A stretch of 64,000 bases of DNA from Malacoraja senta (Eukaryota). Shown one piece after another: positions 12,712 through 26,150 of the stretch. The notes below the pieces were generated by a model that ran no database searches, had not been told where the DNA came from, and worked only from the letters and a program-made list of their open reading frames with translations. Where the stretch lies: assembly GCA_038087875.1 (NCBI GenBank), contig CM075978.1, positions 145,204,001 through 145,268,000 on the forward strand, in the 5' to 3' direction. The translations under genes were made by a program, and so were the position numbers. Every line of letters begins with the position of its first letter. The first letter of the stretch is position 1.

Positions 12712-13180
12712 AGACACAAGGAACTGAAGATGCTGCTTTACAAAAAATGACACAAAGTTCTGGAGTAACTCTGTGGGTCAGGCAGCTTCTCCGGAGAAAT
12801 GGATAGGTGACGTTTCAGGTTGGGATGATTTTTTAGACTGATGGTAGTGGGGGCGGGAGGAAGCTGGAAGAGAGGTTGGGGTGGGAAAAAGTTAGGCAAG
12901 GGATAGGTGGATACAGGTGAGAGGACAAATGGTTGGATAAAAGTTGGAAATGAAAAGGCAAAAAGTGCGAGAAGAGATTAGGATAAAAGAGATGTGAAAT
13001 GGGAACCCAGAGAAAGGAGTATAGGTGGAAGTGGACGGGAGGAAGGGCAAAGGAAGAAGTGGGTGTGCTGTCAGGTGGGGCACAGGGAAGAGGGGAGAGG
13101 GGGAAAATGGGAGGGAAGGGGGTTCTCGGTAGTTATCTACAATTGGAGAATTCTATGTTCACACTGTTGGAATGTAAACT
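12712..13180 (-). mobile_element. Penelope-like element 3' end (pseudo-LTR)
   Basis: Reverse complement of the repeat that follows the GIY-YIG remnant at 28365-29125; degenerate hammerhead-like core at about 12806-12840. Confidence 0.7.
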
Positions 13181-13706
13181 ACTCAACCATAATACAATGT
13201 GCTCATAAGTTCCCTAGTTAATAAGTTATAGGAGCAGATTAGGCCATTTGGCCCATGGAGTCTACTCTGTCATTCAAACAAGGCTGATCTATCTTCCTCT
13301 CTCAACCCCATTCTGCTGCCTTCTCCCCATAAACCCCTGACACCCGTACTAATCAAGAATCTGCCGATCTCCGCCTTAAAAATATCCATTGACGACCTCC
13401 ACAGCCTTCTGGCAATGAATTCCACAGATTTACCACCCTCTGCCTAAAGACATTCCTCCTCATCTCCTTTCTAAAGGTACGTCCTTTTATTCTGAGGCTA
13501 TGACTGGTCCTAGAATCTCCCACAGGTGCTGTTCCTGAAGTATGCGTGTGGCCTCACTCTGGTAATGGAAGAGGCCCAATTTTACTTGTTAGTAGGTTGT
13601 CATTTGCATCAATACTTGGTCAACTTGTGCAGACTGAAACTAGACTCTAATGAGTCTCAAAATGAGAGCTAAGCCCTATTCACATACACAAGCTAATAGG
13701 GAGTTA

Positions 13707-14144
13707 AGGGCCTGTCCCACAGGCAATTTTTTAGGCGACTGCCGCAACTGTCATAGTCGTTGCAGGTCGCCGAAAAAACGGTGAATGTATGCCCCTACGA
13801 CATACAACAGTGCATAAAAAATATTATGATAACATTAAAATTTTAATTATCTATAATATAACTTTAATGGAATTCACCGATGCCATGACCGGCAACTACC
13901 TACGCCATCCTGGTGACATCCTACATCATGCTGGCGACAGCACCTACATCAGGCTACCCCCATTGGCATCAAGACAATGGTCGCCAAAAAGTTTTGAACA
14001 TTTCAAAATTCTGCGGTGACCAGAAAGTCTCTACGACTCTTTGGGCGACTGAGGAGATCATGCAGTCGACACCCCGGCAACCATGTGGCGACAGCCTGGT
14101 CGCCTGTAGTCTCCTAAAAAATTCACTTAAGTGGGACAGGCCCT
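13707..14144. mobile_element. PIF/Harbinger-type MITE
   Basis: 14-bp perfect TIR AGGGCCTGTCCCAC; TTA TSD at 13704-13706 and 14145-14147. Confidence 0.85.
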
Positions 14145-15184
14145 TTAAACACCTGCTTTAAGACACCACCCAGTGTTTCTGAAACATAATCACTGTTTAA
14201 AAGTTCATAACTTTCTATCTCAAGGATATAATCTTTAAACATGGGGCAATAAACTGTCAAATTTTCAAAGTGAATATTTATTAGAAAATCATCTCTCAAA
14301 CATGTCATCAGTTCGACTCATTATGAGAATTAAACTTAATAACTGCCGTACTCTTTTCCTCTGAAGTGACTAATAGTTGCATAGCACTGTAAATTATGTA
14401 ACAATCGTCAGGCTTGCTAATGTTGGTGTTGTTTCTCATTGTCATCCATGTTAAACTTTTCTGGCCATTTATTTGCCAGCTGGCTTTTTGCAAGCTTCTG
14501 CTGCTGGGCTCCTTTTCCAGCTCTTGTTTGTTTTTCCCTGCAATTCAGCTCAGGAAAAAGACAGGAAGTGATTAATTCCTCATTTCCTGTAAAGGTTTCT
14601 TCTATCATTGGTGAGAGTGCCCAGTATGAACTTGGCTGATGAATTCAACTTTAGCTGTGAGGAGAAGCATGGTTATTTGTTGAGAAAGACTGCTCCAAAG
14701 CCAACTGTCCTTTCATAAAACAAAATATTGAAATAACGTGTTGAGTCCCAAGGACTTGAGAGTTAGGTACCTCTTTCATTGGCAAGTAGTAGGGTAATGG
14801 AAAGAAATTGCAGATGCCAAGTCACAAATAAATTGAGCTAATTGCATCCATACGGCATTCAATTGTTGGATAACTTCCTTTTTCATGGAGTCTGGATTTG
14901 ATTAATTAGTTTTCTTGCATTTATGTGCAAGCTAAGCACTGAAGGCAAAATGAAGGGGTGTAGGATACAACACTCTTGGTTGTTAATAATTGGACTCGAG
15001 TTGTCGATGGGCTGGTCAGAAATCTTGTGAGTAAATGAGCAGATGTATTTCAAACATTTTAAAACCGCACGATTATTGTGAAATGACTGGGTCATTGTTA
15101 ATTTTGAAACATAACATAAAGCTGAAAATAAAATCCACATGGTTGTTAGAATTGGGTTCAGTTGCCAATTCTTGTTTAAGTATG

Positions 15185-15357
15185 TAGGAAAGAACTGCAG
15201 ATGCTGGTTTAAATCTAAGGTAGACACAAAATGCTGGAGTAACTCAGCGGGACAGGCAGCATCTCTGGAGAGAAGGAATGGGTGACCGATTCAGTCTGAA
15301 GAAGGGTCTTGACCTGAAACGACACCCATTCCTTCTCCAGAGATACTGCCTGTCCTG
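15185..15357. repeat. Fold-back Penelope pseudo-LTR derivative
   Basis: GACAGGCAGCATCTCTGGAGAGAAGGAATGGGTG and its near-inverse flank a CTGAAGA...GAAAC core. Confidence 0.7.
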
Positions 15358-16861
15358 TCTTGTTTAAGTATAGCAGATTATAACCTTGGACTGTTCACAT
15401 TTCGTCAGACTTTCTGTTCATTTGTTATCGGGACAATACTGCTGTACATACTTTGCAGCACATGGTTATGACCATTTTTCATTTTAAAAGACTATGGGGA
15501 GTGTTAGTGAATGGGCATATAACAAACAACAATTACTAATCATTAATAATTACTATTTCTTTCAAACATTTACAGCTCTTGAATGCAAAATGTATAATAA
15601 AATCAAATTGCTTCCTTTCTTCTGTCTTCCATGAAGATGTTGAATCGTGTATAAATGTGATTACATGGATGTTCCCAGGTTTATTACAGACAATATCTCA
15701 GAAACATCATTAATTGGAAACCAATCCAGTTACTGTACTAATTTTTCACTTGGACTTTTAGATTTTCAACAGGCATAACTAAACACACAATACAAGGTGC
15801 CAAAGTGAGTTTCTAAAACTTTACCAATACAGCATTGACAGTTTTCCATTAAGTGTCCATTCAAAGCTCGCAAGAGGTCATGAGTTTAAAATTGTAACAT
15901 TGGTGCTCAGTGTTCAAAATCATGGTTTAAAAAAAAAAATGACAGGAAGCATTTAATTGCAAAAAGGTAATGGTGTATAGTCACTTGTCACGTAGCCACT
16001 TGAATATGAAACCGAAATGTATTCAGAACTAACCAATCCATCTTCCTTTTCCCCCTGAAACTGTGAGCCAAAGAACTAACATGACACTGAAATTAAATAT
16101 AGTACTAAATTCCTGCAAGTAATTCCAATTGCAGTTTATGCTAAATAATTAATAATTTTATCAATAGGTCAGACATCAAATAAGTTTACTCCAATAACAA
16201 CCCATCTCTCTTATCTTGGACAAATTTGTTTTTTATTGCTTCTCCTATTCTCAGAGCTTCGGTGCTCTCTCATATCCACTCTCATTACCTGCTCACCCAA
16301 ATTCAACTTCTGATATCCATGCTGGCTGATACTGTAAGTGGTGAGTTCATCTGTGATCCTGTTCCCACCACCCCCCGCCCCCGCCCCCCACTTCAAAACC
16401 ACTAATGCATCCCCTAATCCACACTTCACACCTTCTCAAAAGATCCACACTAATCACCTAAACTCATGCCCATCTTCATCTGCTTTTTTGACTTTATTTT
16501 TAGTAATGGAAAAAGATAAAACCAAGAAATACAGGGCGTTTTTGGCACTTTGCGGCCAACAAGTCTGCCGACTATATGTGAAAATTGGCCCAAAGGCTCC
16601 TGCATGCAACCATTGGAGATAAAACGCAGCAGTTAATATGGGGAAAGAATAGCAGTAGGCAATCAGCCACAATCTTAGTTAATAATAAATTGGGTAAACA
16701 AAACTTGCTTCTTGTCATGTGTATTCCTCCTCTGGAAGGTGGGTCATCAGCACCAATCTGTCCCTGCAAAAATCGCAATTGGAAGTGTCTATGTCAGGTG
16801 GGGATACATTCATTACTTTTTGCTTCTACCTCTCACCGTCCCAAAGGTTGAGGATGATAGT

Positions 16862-18155
16862 GTCATAGGGTCATAAGTGATGGGAATAAAATTAGGCCAT
16901 TCGGCCCATCAAGTCCACTCTGTCATTCAATTGTGGCTGATCTATGTCTCCCTCCGAACTCCATTCTCCTGCCTTCTCCCCATACTAATCAAAAATCTTT
17001 CTACCTCTGCCTTAAAAATATTCACTGATGGCCTCTACAGCCTTCTGTGGCATAGAATTCCACAGATTCACCACTCTCTTACTAAAGACATTTGTCCTCA
17101 CCTCCTTCCTAAAGGAAAATCCTTTAATTCTGAGGCTTTGACCTCTAGTCCTAGACTCTCCCACTACTGGAAACATCCTCTCCACATCCACTCTATCCAA
17201 GCCTTTCACTATTCTTTGTTTCAATGAGGTCCCCCCCCCCCCCCTCTTTCTTCTCTTCTGGCAAGTACAGGCCCAGTGCCGACAAATCACAATCACAATA
17301 ATACTTTATTAGCCAAGTATGTATTGCAACATACAAGGAATTTCATTTGCCAAGTCAGTCATACAAATAAAAAGCAACTGAACACACAAAATACATTTTA
17401 ACATAAACATTCACTATAGTGACTCCTCCACATGATGGAAGGCGAAAAAAAGTTAAATCTCTTCCCTTCTTTGCTCTCCCGAGGTCGGGGGCCTCGAGCC
17501 CTCCGTTGAAGGGACGATCTTGACTCCCCATGCCGGCGGCGTTTGGGCCCTCCACATCGGGGCGATCAGCTCCTGCTTCTTGTCATGTGGATGTCAGCTC
17601 ACCCATGCCGGCGATCGGAACCCGGGTCGGGGCTGGTCGAACTTCTGCGTCGTTGGAGCTCCCGACTTGGCCTCGCGACTGCGAGCTCTCGATGGTAAAG
17701 TTCGCAGGCTGCGGTTGGAGCAAATCCAGGCAATGGATCGGCTCCGGGGTTAAGTCCACGCCCTGTGGTGGGGCTCAAAGTCAGTCCGAGGAGGCCTCCA
17801 GCTCCATCGATGTTAGGCCGCAAAACGACCGGAGATACGACCCGGAAAACAATCGCATCTCCGGCAAGGTAAGAGACTGAAAAAAAGTTTCCCCTGACCC
17901 CCCCCCCCCCTCCATCCCCCCAAATAAAACAAAATGGAGAACATTTGCACAAACTTTTAAAACACACTAAAAATTAAAAAAAAGTCAAAAAAAACAGTCA
18001 TTCTGTTGGCTCATTCCTGGGATCATTCTTGTAAGTTTCCTCTGGACCCTCTCCAGAGCCAGCACATCCTCCCTCAGATATGGTGCACAAAATTGCTCAC
18101 AATATTATAAATGTGACCTTACCAGCGCCTTATAGAGCCTCAGCATTACATCCTA
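16862..18155 (-). mobile_element. CR1/HER1 3' fragment interrupted by a GC-rich insertion
   Basis: Frame 17012-17296 gives GLDRVDVERMFPVVGESRTRGQ...WNSMP; CR1 sequence resumes at about 18005. Confidence 0.7.
17285..18000 (-). mobile_element. GC-rich non-autonomous retroelement with a Rex1-like 3' tail
   Basis: Tail TTTATTAGCCAAGTATG...ACAAGGAATTT matches the Rex1 3' ends at 6730 and 33800; CpG-rich body with no recognisable ORF. Confidence 0.55.
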
Positions 18156-18786
18156 TTGTGGTTTTAACATTACAGCCATTATGTCAAATAGCACATGTAA
18201 ACCTAGTTTTATATCTCCACACCTTTCACTCCCATCATTGCTACTGCCTCTGTTATTAATTACCTTGTGGAGCATCTAGTTGTGGATGAGCCACAATTAT
18301 TTTCAATTAAATACTATGGAAAATCTAAGCCATATTCTACACTCCTTCCTCAAACACTTCTGTCCATTTGGATTCCATACCCCGCTCCCATTATTAATCA
18401 AGGGTAAAAGGCAATTATTACCAATCTTGGGAATCCTTCTTTGGCCTTGTTTTAGGGTTCCATCCCAATATCCTATTCATCTTAAAGATTGTCTACTTCC
18501 AGCTATGTAATATATGTTTGTCTCCACTACTGACTAATTGATCAGCCACCTGCAATCTTCATCCTGTGCTCCAATTCACACCTTTCTTAAACTATTTTCT
18601 CTTTTTATAGATTTGCAGTTAAATTCAACATCCGTAGGAATGACCAGTTAGAAAAGTGCACAACTTTGTACTGAAAGTTATTGCTTAATTTAAACTTCTT
18701 TTATCTCCCATTAGAGCAGTAAAATTTCTATCAAAGCCTGTCTTTGCATAAAATGCCAGGGATCCATTTCTGAATGTTAAGTGTTA

Positions 18787-20535
18787 AAGGGCTGTCTCAC
18801 TGTGCGAGTTGACCCATGAGTGACCCCGAGTGAAAGACTCGTGGTTGCGTACGATACTACAAGTTTATGATCCCGAGTTTAACCGAGTTCCCACGGATAT
18901 GTCTAAGTTTCCCGTTTACTTCTCATTTCTGCGATGTTCCAAGTTCGTCTCCCGAGTGTACCAAGTTCCTCTCCCGTTAATCTTGAGGCAACAATGTATA
19001 TCGAAGTGTTTAAAAATCATCACATGTTAAAAAAACTGAGTGGTGATGGGTGGTGTAATAGATTGTGATTATGGTCATGTTAAGAATTAAAAGTCATAAA
19101 ATCAATGTGTGAAATGTGATTCTTATTTTTCAAAGTCTCTCATAGGAAACAATGAGCGTATAGAGCCCAGGGAGAGGGGGAGAAAGGGACGTACACTCAC
19201 AGAGGCAGAGTCTCTCAGCCTGTGTGAGAGGGAGGGAGGGAGAGAGACACACACACAAGGTGGATGTGAAATCTCACCTACCTGTTTCAGTGACAGGCAC
19301 CCGCAGCCAGTGAATGAAGACACCCCCATCTGTCTCCCCTCCTCTCCTTCCACTCTCCACCCTCTCTCCTCCAACCCACCCCCCTCACCCCCCCTCCCCC
19401 AATTTGGAAATGTCATCCCATCACCCATTCCTTCTCTCCAGAGATGCTGCCTGCCCGCTGAGTTAAAGAGTTCCCACTTGCAGCAGCAAAACAGGCCAGT
19501 AAACACAATACTCATAGATAATATACTAAACAAAGAAAATATATATTAAAAAATCCAGTATTATTTCAAAAATCCTAAAGTCCTTAGTGCAAACAAGGCA
19601 GTTTGTAGTTCATAGTTTAGTTAGCATTTGTTGCGTTGTTGGGAAGAAGCTGTTCTTGAACCTGGAGGTCATGGTTTTCAGATTCTTATACCTTCTGCTC
19701 AGCAGGAATGAAATGAGAGCATGGCCAGGGTAGTGTGGGTCCATGACAATGCTGGCTGCCTTTTTGAGGCAGCACCTCCTATAGAACCCTTTGATTCAGT
19801 AAAGTTCAGTAAAGAGATCGGGAATCTGGCATCATGGCTTGACAATAAAACCCAGCCTTTAACATCCGCATAAAGAAAGAGTTGGTGTTGTCCTACGGAA
19901 CAGGGGTGCAGGAGAGGTGAACACAACCCTGTCTTCTTCAACAGCACTGGTAGAGATGGCTTCTGGACGTGACTGGCAAACGTGACAGATTAAGCTGCCA
20001 TGAAGTGTCATAAAATGTTCTCACGCTGTTCCTCAATACTGGTTTGTCTTAAGGTTGTGAGCTCAGTCCCAAATACACAAAATTTATATATAAACTTAAA
20101 GCAATTTTTTTCTTTTCTACCCACTCTGTCACCTTATCAATAACTTACTTAACTTTGTTAAGCAGAATTTGTCTTTAAAAAGTCTAAGTAACTGATATTT
20201 CTGTCCCTGATTATTGTTTCTAGAAAGAGTTCCCACGGTAGACTCACGAGTCACAAAGTTAAACGCACGGGCCACTACGTTCTTACAACGAGTTTAAAAT
20301 GTTTCAAATTTTAACCTCAAGAGTACATTTTACTCGTGGAAAAGTTCAAACATGTTTGAACTTTTGCAAGAGTTAACAAGTTTCACGTGTACCTCCCGTT
20401 AGCGCCAAGAGTCGCTAAGTTGCGTCCACGAGTTCCGACGTTCCCGCTACGTTAATTGTACGTGATTACCACGAGTTAAATTTGTTGTAAACTCGGGGTC
20501 ACTCGTGGGTCAACTCGCACAGTGAGACAGACCTT
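18787..20535. mobile_element. Non-autonomous PIF/Harbinger-type element, 1.75 kb, with nested repeat fragments
   Basis: 45-bp TIR AAGG(G/T)CTGTCTCACTGTGCGAGTTGACCCA(T/C)GAGTGACCCCGAGT with 2 mismatches; TTA TSD on both sides; a Rex1 3' fragment lies at about 19480-19800. Confidence 0.85.
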
Positions 20536-20838
20536 TTACAAATTGAAATCCACTGTATTTTATTGAATGGAGCTTTTTTTTTCATGTTGCAACTTTATTT
20601 TTAAAAAAGCCCTTTTAAACCAAATTAAGTATTTATTGAGAGGCTTGGCATTTGTCCTCATCAGCCTCTCTGTGCCGAAATATTGTGGACTCCTGCCAAT
20701 TACAAACTGATGGAGGGGGCACTGCTGAGCAACCTATGGAGTAGGACGTTAGGTTAGAGTCTCCCGCAAATTTCGATTAAAACTTATTCATCGGCTCTTT
20801 TTTGATAATAATTTTGAGGAAAGATATTCCAGTGGATT

Positions 20839-21765
20839 TTGTGCTGGCTACTTGATGTTTTGGACGAGTTTATTATGGCTACTAAAAGCACCAGAGCTCG
20901 TAGTGCGGCTCAACAACAGAGGCCTAGTTCACAGGAAGAGACCACGTCTACAGGTACCTCAACCCCGCCCCATGGCTCTACCTCGCCGGAGGTCTTGAAA
21001 CTTGAATTACTAACATCTTTGAGACGGGACATTGCAGATATTTTTAAAACCGAACTACGAGCAGCATTGGGTGATGATTTGTCCACAATCAGAGTTGATC
21101 TTCAAGCCATGAAAACACAACTCGCAAACGATAAGGTTGCTATGGACACTGAGTTGGCCATACTCCAAGGTACTGTGGGGATAATGGAGGAGTCGCTTTC
21201 TGCCTCTATGGACGAGATTGCTCAGCTGAAGATTCAGATCAAGTGTCTAACTGCTGAGTTTTTTAACTTGGACAAAAAATGTGAGGACCTCGAATCCAGA
21301 TCACGCCGCAACAACATAAGAATAGTGGGGGTTCCTGAGCAGACGGTCGTCAATTCCATTGCTATCGCCACTCTGCTTAAGGACGCGTTCAAGCTCGACA
21401 AAGAGCCGCTACTGGACCGGGCGCACAGATCCACACAGCGACCATGACCTGGTGATTGACCATGACCCATCATTGCCAGGGTCCATTACTACAACGACTG
21501 TGTAAATGTTTTACGCCGTGCGAGAGAGGTTCGACAGATCGATACCGGTGATATGAGGATCTCCGTTTTCCCCACCCACACTACTAAGGTGGCCCGGGCC
21601 CAGGCAGCCTTCAACGAGGTCAGAAAACAGCTGCGTGACGTGAAGGGGGTTTGCTATGGTCTTTTCTATCCGGCCCGACTCCGGATCAGTTACCAAGCTG
21701 TGGAGAAAGACTTTGACTCGGCGGAGGATGCCAAGGCTTACATCAACAAGATGAATATTGGGTGA
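20839..21765 (+). pseudogene. L1 ORF1 remnant
   Basis: Coiled coil, RRM and CTD motifs broken by stops near 21447-21465. Confidence 0.85.
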
Positions 21766-22354
21766 TGTACAATATTTTACCATAATGTCATGCATCCATG
21801 CCTTTAGTTTATAATTAAATACTTGTTCACATTTGATGTTTGTTTACATTTAGACACTTGTTTACTCCTGTTCAACTTGCATTAGTTCATCTCTGCAATT
21901 TTCCTTTTATACGCAGGGGGAATTTAACTTGTTTAAATTGGTGTGTGATAATACCTTATTTTGCACTAATATTAGGCCCCCAAAATATATTACGGTATAT
22001 TGGTATTTATATATTTTTGAAGTGGTCTTTTCATGTACATCCTTTGAGCCCACATGAGGTAATATTTAATTTAAGCCGATATGGGATATTCTTATTATTA
22101 GTTGTGCCTTTTATTACACATTTATGAGTCTGTGGGAGTTATTTCTTAGGGTTGGCTTAGTTTATTCTCCGAGTTGTTGCCATAGTTATGAGGCAACAAT
22201 TGTTTTCTAATTTCTTACACTGCTCTCTCCCTTTTGGAGACTTTTTTGGTGTGTGTGTGCGCGTGTGTATGGGGATTTGTGTATGTATATGCGGGGGGTG
22301 GGGCAACCATCCTGGCTTTCTTCGGATCCATTTGCTTTATTCATTTACACATAA

Positions 22355-25300
22355 ATGTGTTCTGCTCATTTGAAACCCAGCATTCTTGGTTCTGGCACAC
22401 CTATTCGTTTTCTCACTTGGAACATACGTGGTATGGGCAATCCTATTAAAAGATCCAGGGTTTTCAGTCACCAGAAACGGCTTAACTCTGACATAGTATT
22501 TTTGCAGGAGACTCATCTTAGACTTAAAGATCTTCATAGGCTGCAGTCCTCTTGGATAGGTCAGGTCTACCACTCCAACTTTAATTCTAAAGCTAGAGGG
22601 GTTGCTCTTTTAATTAATAAAATAATTCAGTTTTTATCTACTGATGTTATTGCTGATAAAAATGGTCGATATCTTATAGTTGCAGGTACATTGATGCAAA
22701 CAAAGGTGTTGTTAGTAAATGTCTATGCACCTAACTTTGATGATGCTGAATTCTCTAATAGATTACTTAGTAATATACCTCATTTAAATACCCATTTGTT
22801 AATTTCTGGAGGTGATCTGAATTGTGTGTTTGACCCAAAGCTAGATCGTTCTCGTCCCCGCACTTTATCCCAATCAGCTATGTCTAAATCTTTTTCTGAT
22901 TTTATGACATAGAGTGATTTGGTTGACGCTTGGAGACTTTGTAACCCCTCAACCAAAAAGTTATCTTTCTTTTCTCAGGTACATCAATCATATTCAAGAA
23001 TAGATTATTTCTTTATAAATAATAGTCTCAACATGTGTTGTTTCCTCGGATTATTCAAGTATTCTAATATCTGATCATGCACCATTAATTCTAGATATTC
23101 CGTTATCCATGCAGAAATCTACTCTCTCCCACCCCCCGCCCCCCTTTGGAGATTCAACTCATTATTGTTGGCTGATAAAACATTTTGTGAATTTGTTTCA
23201 AACTCAATTGATGAGTTTCTCTTCTTTAACCAGAGTGAATCTACATCTTTTTCATTAATTTGGGAGTTGCTGAAAGCTTTTCTTAGAGGGCAGATTATTT
23301 CATATTCCTCCTATTTTAATAAAAACCGCAATACCAGGCTTACTTACTGCTAATCTCCTCGATCAAGATTGTTCATCCGATCCTTCTCCAGAACTATTCA
23401 AGAAGCGTCTTAATCTTCAGGCGGAGTTTGATCTTATTTCTACCAGAAGTGCTGAGCGACTGTTGTTACAAAATCGTGGTACTTATTATCGACATGATGA
23501 TAAAGCAAATCGATTACTAGCACACCAATTAAAACATCAGTTCACCTCACGTCTTATACCTCAGATTTCTAACACGACTGTTACGGATCCTGTGGAAATT
23601 AATGCCACATTTAAATCATTTTATTCTTCCCTATACAAATCAGAATTCCCTGCTGATTCTACCAAAATGAATTAGTTCCTGGCCAATCTTGAGAATCCAA
23701 CCATTGATTCTGACCGTGCAAAAGAATTGGATGCTCCACTTTCCCTTGATGAACTACGTTTTGCAATTACAGTAATGCAATCTAACAAAGCCCCAGGTCC
23801 TGATGGATTTCCAATAGAGTTTCTAAAGAAATTTATTGATAAATTGGCACCTCTACTTTTGTTGATGTTCAATGAATCTTTGGAAAATGGTTTGTTACCT
23901 CCCACACTAACTCAAGCTTTGGTAGTTCTTCTTTTAAAGAAAGATAAAGACCCCACTTCCTGTGGTTCCTATAGACCTCTGTCTTTACTGAATGCTGATG
24001 TCAAAGTGTTGGCCAAAATTATTGCTCTCCGTCTAGAGAGGGTTTTGTCTAGTATTATTTCTGAGGAACAGAATGACTTTATTAGGTGACGCCATTTATT
24101 TTTCAACACTCGTACTCTTTTAAATATTATTCATTCAACACATTCTGATAATTTACCTGAGATTGTAATTTCATTAGAGACTGAGAAGGCATTCAATAGG
24201 GTTGAGTGGGGGTACCTATTTGCGGTTTTGAAGAAATTTGGTTTTGGAGATAAATTTATCAGTTGAGTAAGATTACTGTATGCATCGCCACAAGCTAGTG
24301 TTCAAACAAATGATATTCGTTCTGAATACTTTGCACTAGAACGTGGGACACGCAGGGCTGTTCTTTATCTCCATCTCTCTTCGCTTTGGCTATTGAACCA
24401 CTGGCCATTTCTTTAAGGTCCTCCACTTCCTTTAAAGGTGTTATTCGTAACGGTGTTGAACATTGTTTATCTCTGTATGCGGATGATTTGTTGCTGTATG
24501 TAACTGATCCTGCATCTTGTCTGCCGGGTATTCTATCTATTCTGGATATTTTTCGTTCTTTTTCAGGATATAAACTAAATCTTCAAAAGAGTGAATGTTA
24601 CCCCATAACACAACAGGTTTGCAACTTCAGGAAGCTGATTTGCCCTTTAAAATCGCTCGTTCTGCATTCATGTATCTTGGCATCAATGTGATCCGTACAT
24701 TCTCAGGCCTTTTGTCTGCCAACTTTACCCTGCTCATGACTAAAGTGAAATCTGATTTTCAGAGATGGAATAATCTGCCTCTCTCTATATTTGGGAAGAT
24801 TAATGTTGTTAAAATGAATGTTTTGCCTAAATTTCTTTATTTGTTTCAATCAATTCCCTTATTCTTACCAAAACATTTTTTTGACTCCTCAGACAAAATG
24901 ATTAGCTCTTTTATTTGGGATGCGAAGCCCCCGAGGGTCCGTAAATCATTAGTCCAACGATGTAAGTTCAGTGGTAGCCTCGCTTTACCGAACTTTCAAT
25001 TCTACTACTGGGCTACTCACATTCATAAAATACGTTGTTGGGTTGGTTTTCCTTATTTAGCTTGGTGCGAACTGGAAGCCCGCTCTTGGCCTCCTTCATC
25101 CTCTATATCTGCTCTTATATATTCCTCTCTTCCAAGATTTCATTGTTTATCAAAAATCCTGTTGTGCTTAAAACTTTAAAGATTTGGTATCAATTCAGGA
25201 AACATTTCAAATTTGTAGCTGCATCTCCTTTAGACCCATTATGTAACAATCACCTGTATCCTCCCTCACATTTGGATTCCGTTTTTTTGGTATGGCATAA

Positions 25301-26150
25301 CAAAGGTATACAATGTTTTCTTGATCTGTTTTCAGATGGTATTTTTAACAGCTTTACCAATTTATCATCATTGTATGGATTACCAGCAAATCATTTTTTT
25401 AGGTACTTCCAAGTTAGACACTTTGTTTCTAAATGTTTTTCTAATTTTCCCTCTTCATCTCCATGGCAAATATGGGATAGTTTGTTTACTTTCAAGACAC
25501 AACAAAAAGGGATTGTTTCAGAGATGTATAACCGCATTCTGGATCTTTGCGATCAGTCCAACTCTAAAACAAAGGCTGCTTGGGAGGAAGAGCTGGGACT
25601 TCAACTTACTGAGGAGTGGTGGGATAACGTTGTGGGTGGGCTACGTACTGTTACGTCTTGCGCTTGTCTTGCACTCATTCAGTTTAAGGTTATACACAGG
25701 GTCCATTTTTCTAAATCAAGACTTTCTGGGATTTATCCAGAGGTGGAGGAAAAATGTGATAGATGTTCGGGCCCACACTGTCATCTGAGCCATATATTTT
25801 CCTTTGTCCATGATTACATAATTTTTGGTGCGGCTACTTTAATATAATGTCTATCATAATAGGAATACCTCTACAGCCCTGTCCATTGATTTCCATTTTG
25901 TGGGCCCCGGATGAGTCAGTTTGGTTAAACTCTGTGCAAAAAGAAATTATTAATTTGACATCTTTAATAGCCAGACGTCGCCTACTCCTACAGTGGAAAT
26001 CCCCTAACCCACCCCTCTGTGTCACAGTGGCTCAAAGATGTAGTGTTTTTTCTTAAACTTGAGAAAATTAAAAATACATTGAGGGGATGTACTGATAATT
26101 TTTTTTCACAAATGGCAACCTTTTTTGTCATACTTTACAGACTTGCAGGT
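22355..26150 (+). pseudogene. L1 ORF2 remnant (APE, RT, C-terminal Cys/His domain)
   Basis: Collinear ORF fragments 22355-22912, 23165-23353, 23463-23675, 23727-24089, 24386-24691, 24595-25179 and 25035-25847. Confidence 0.88.
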
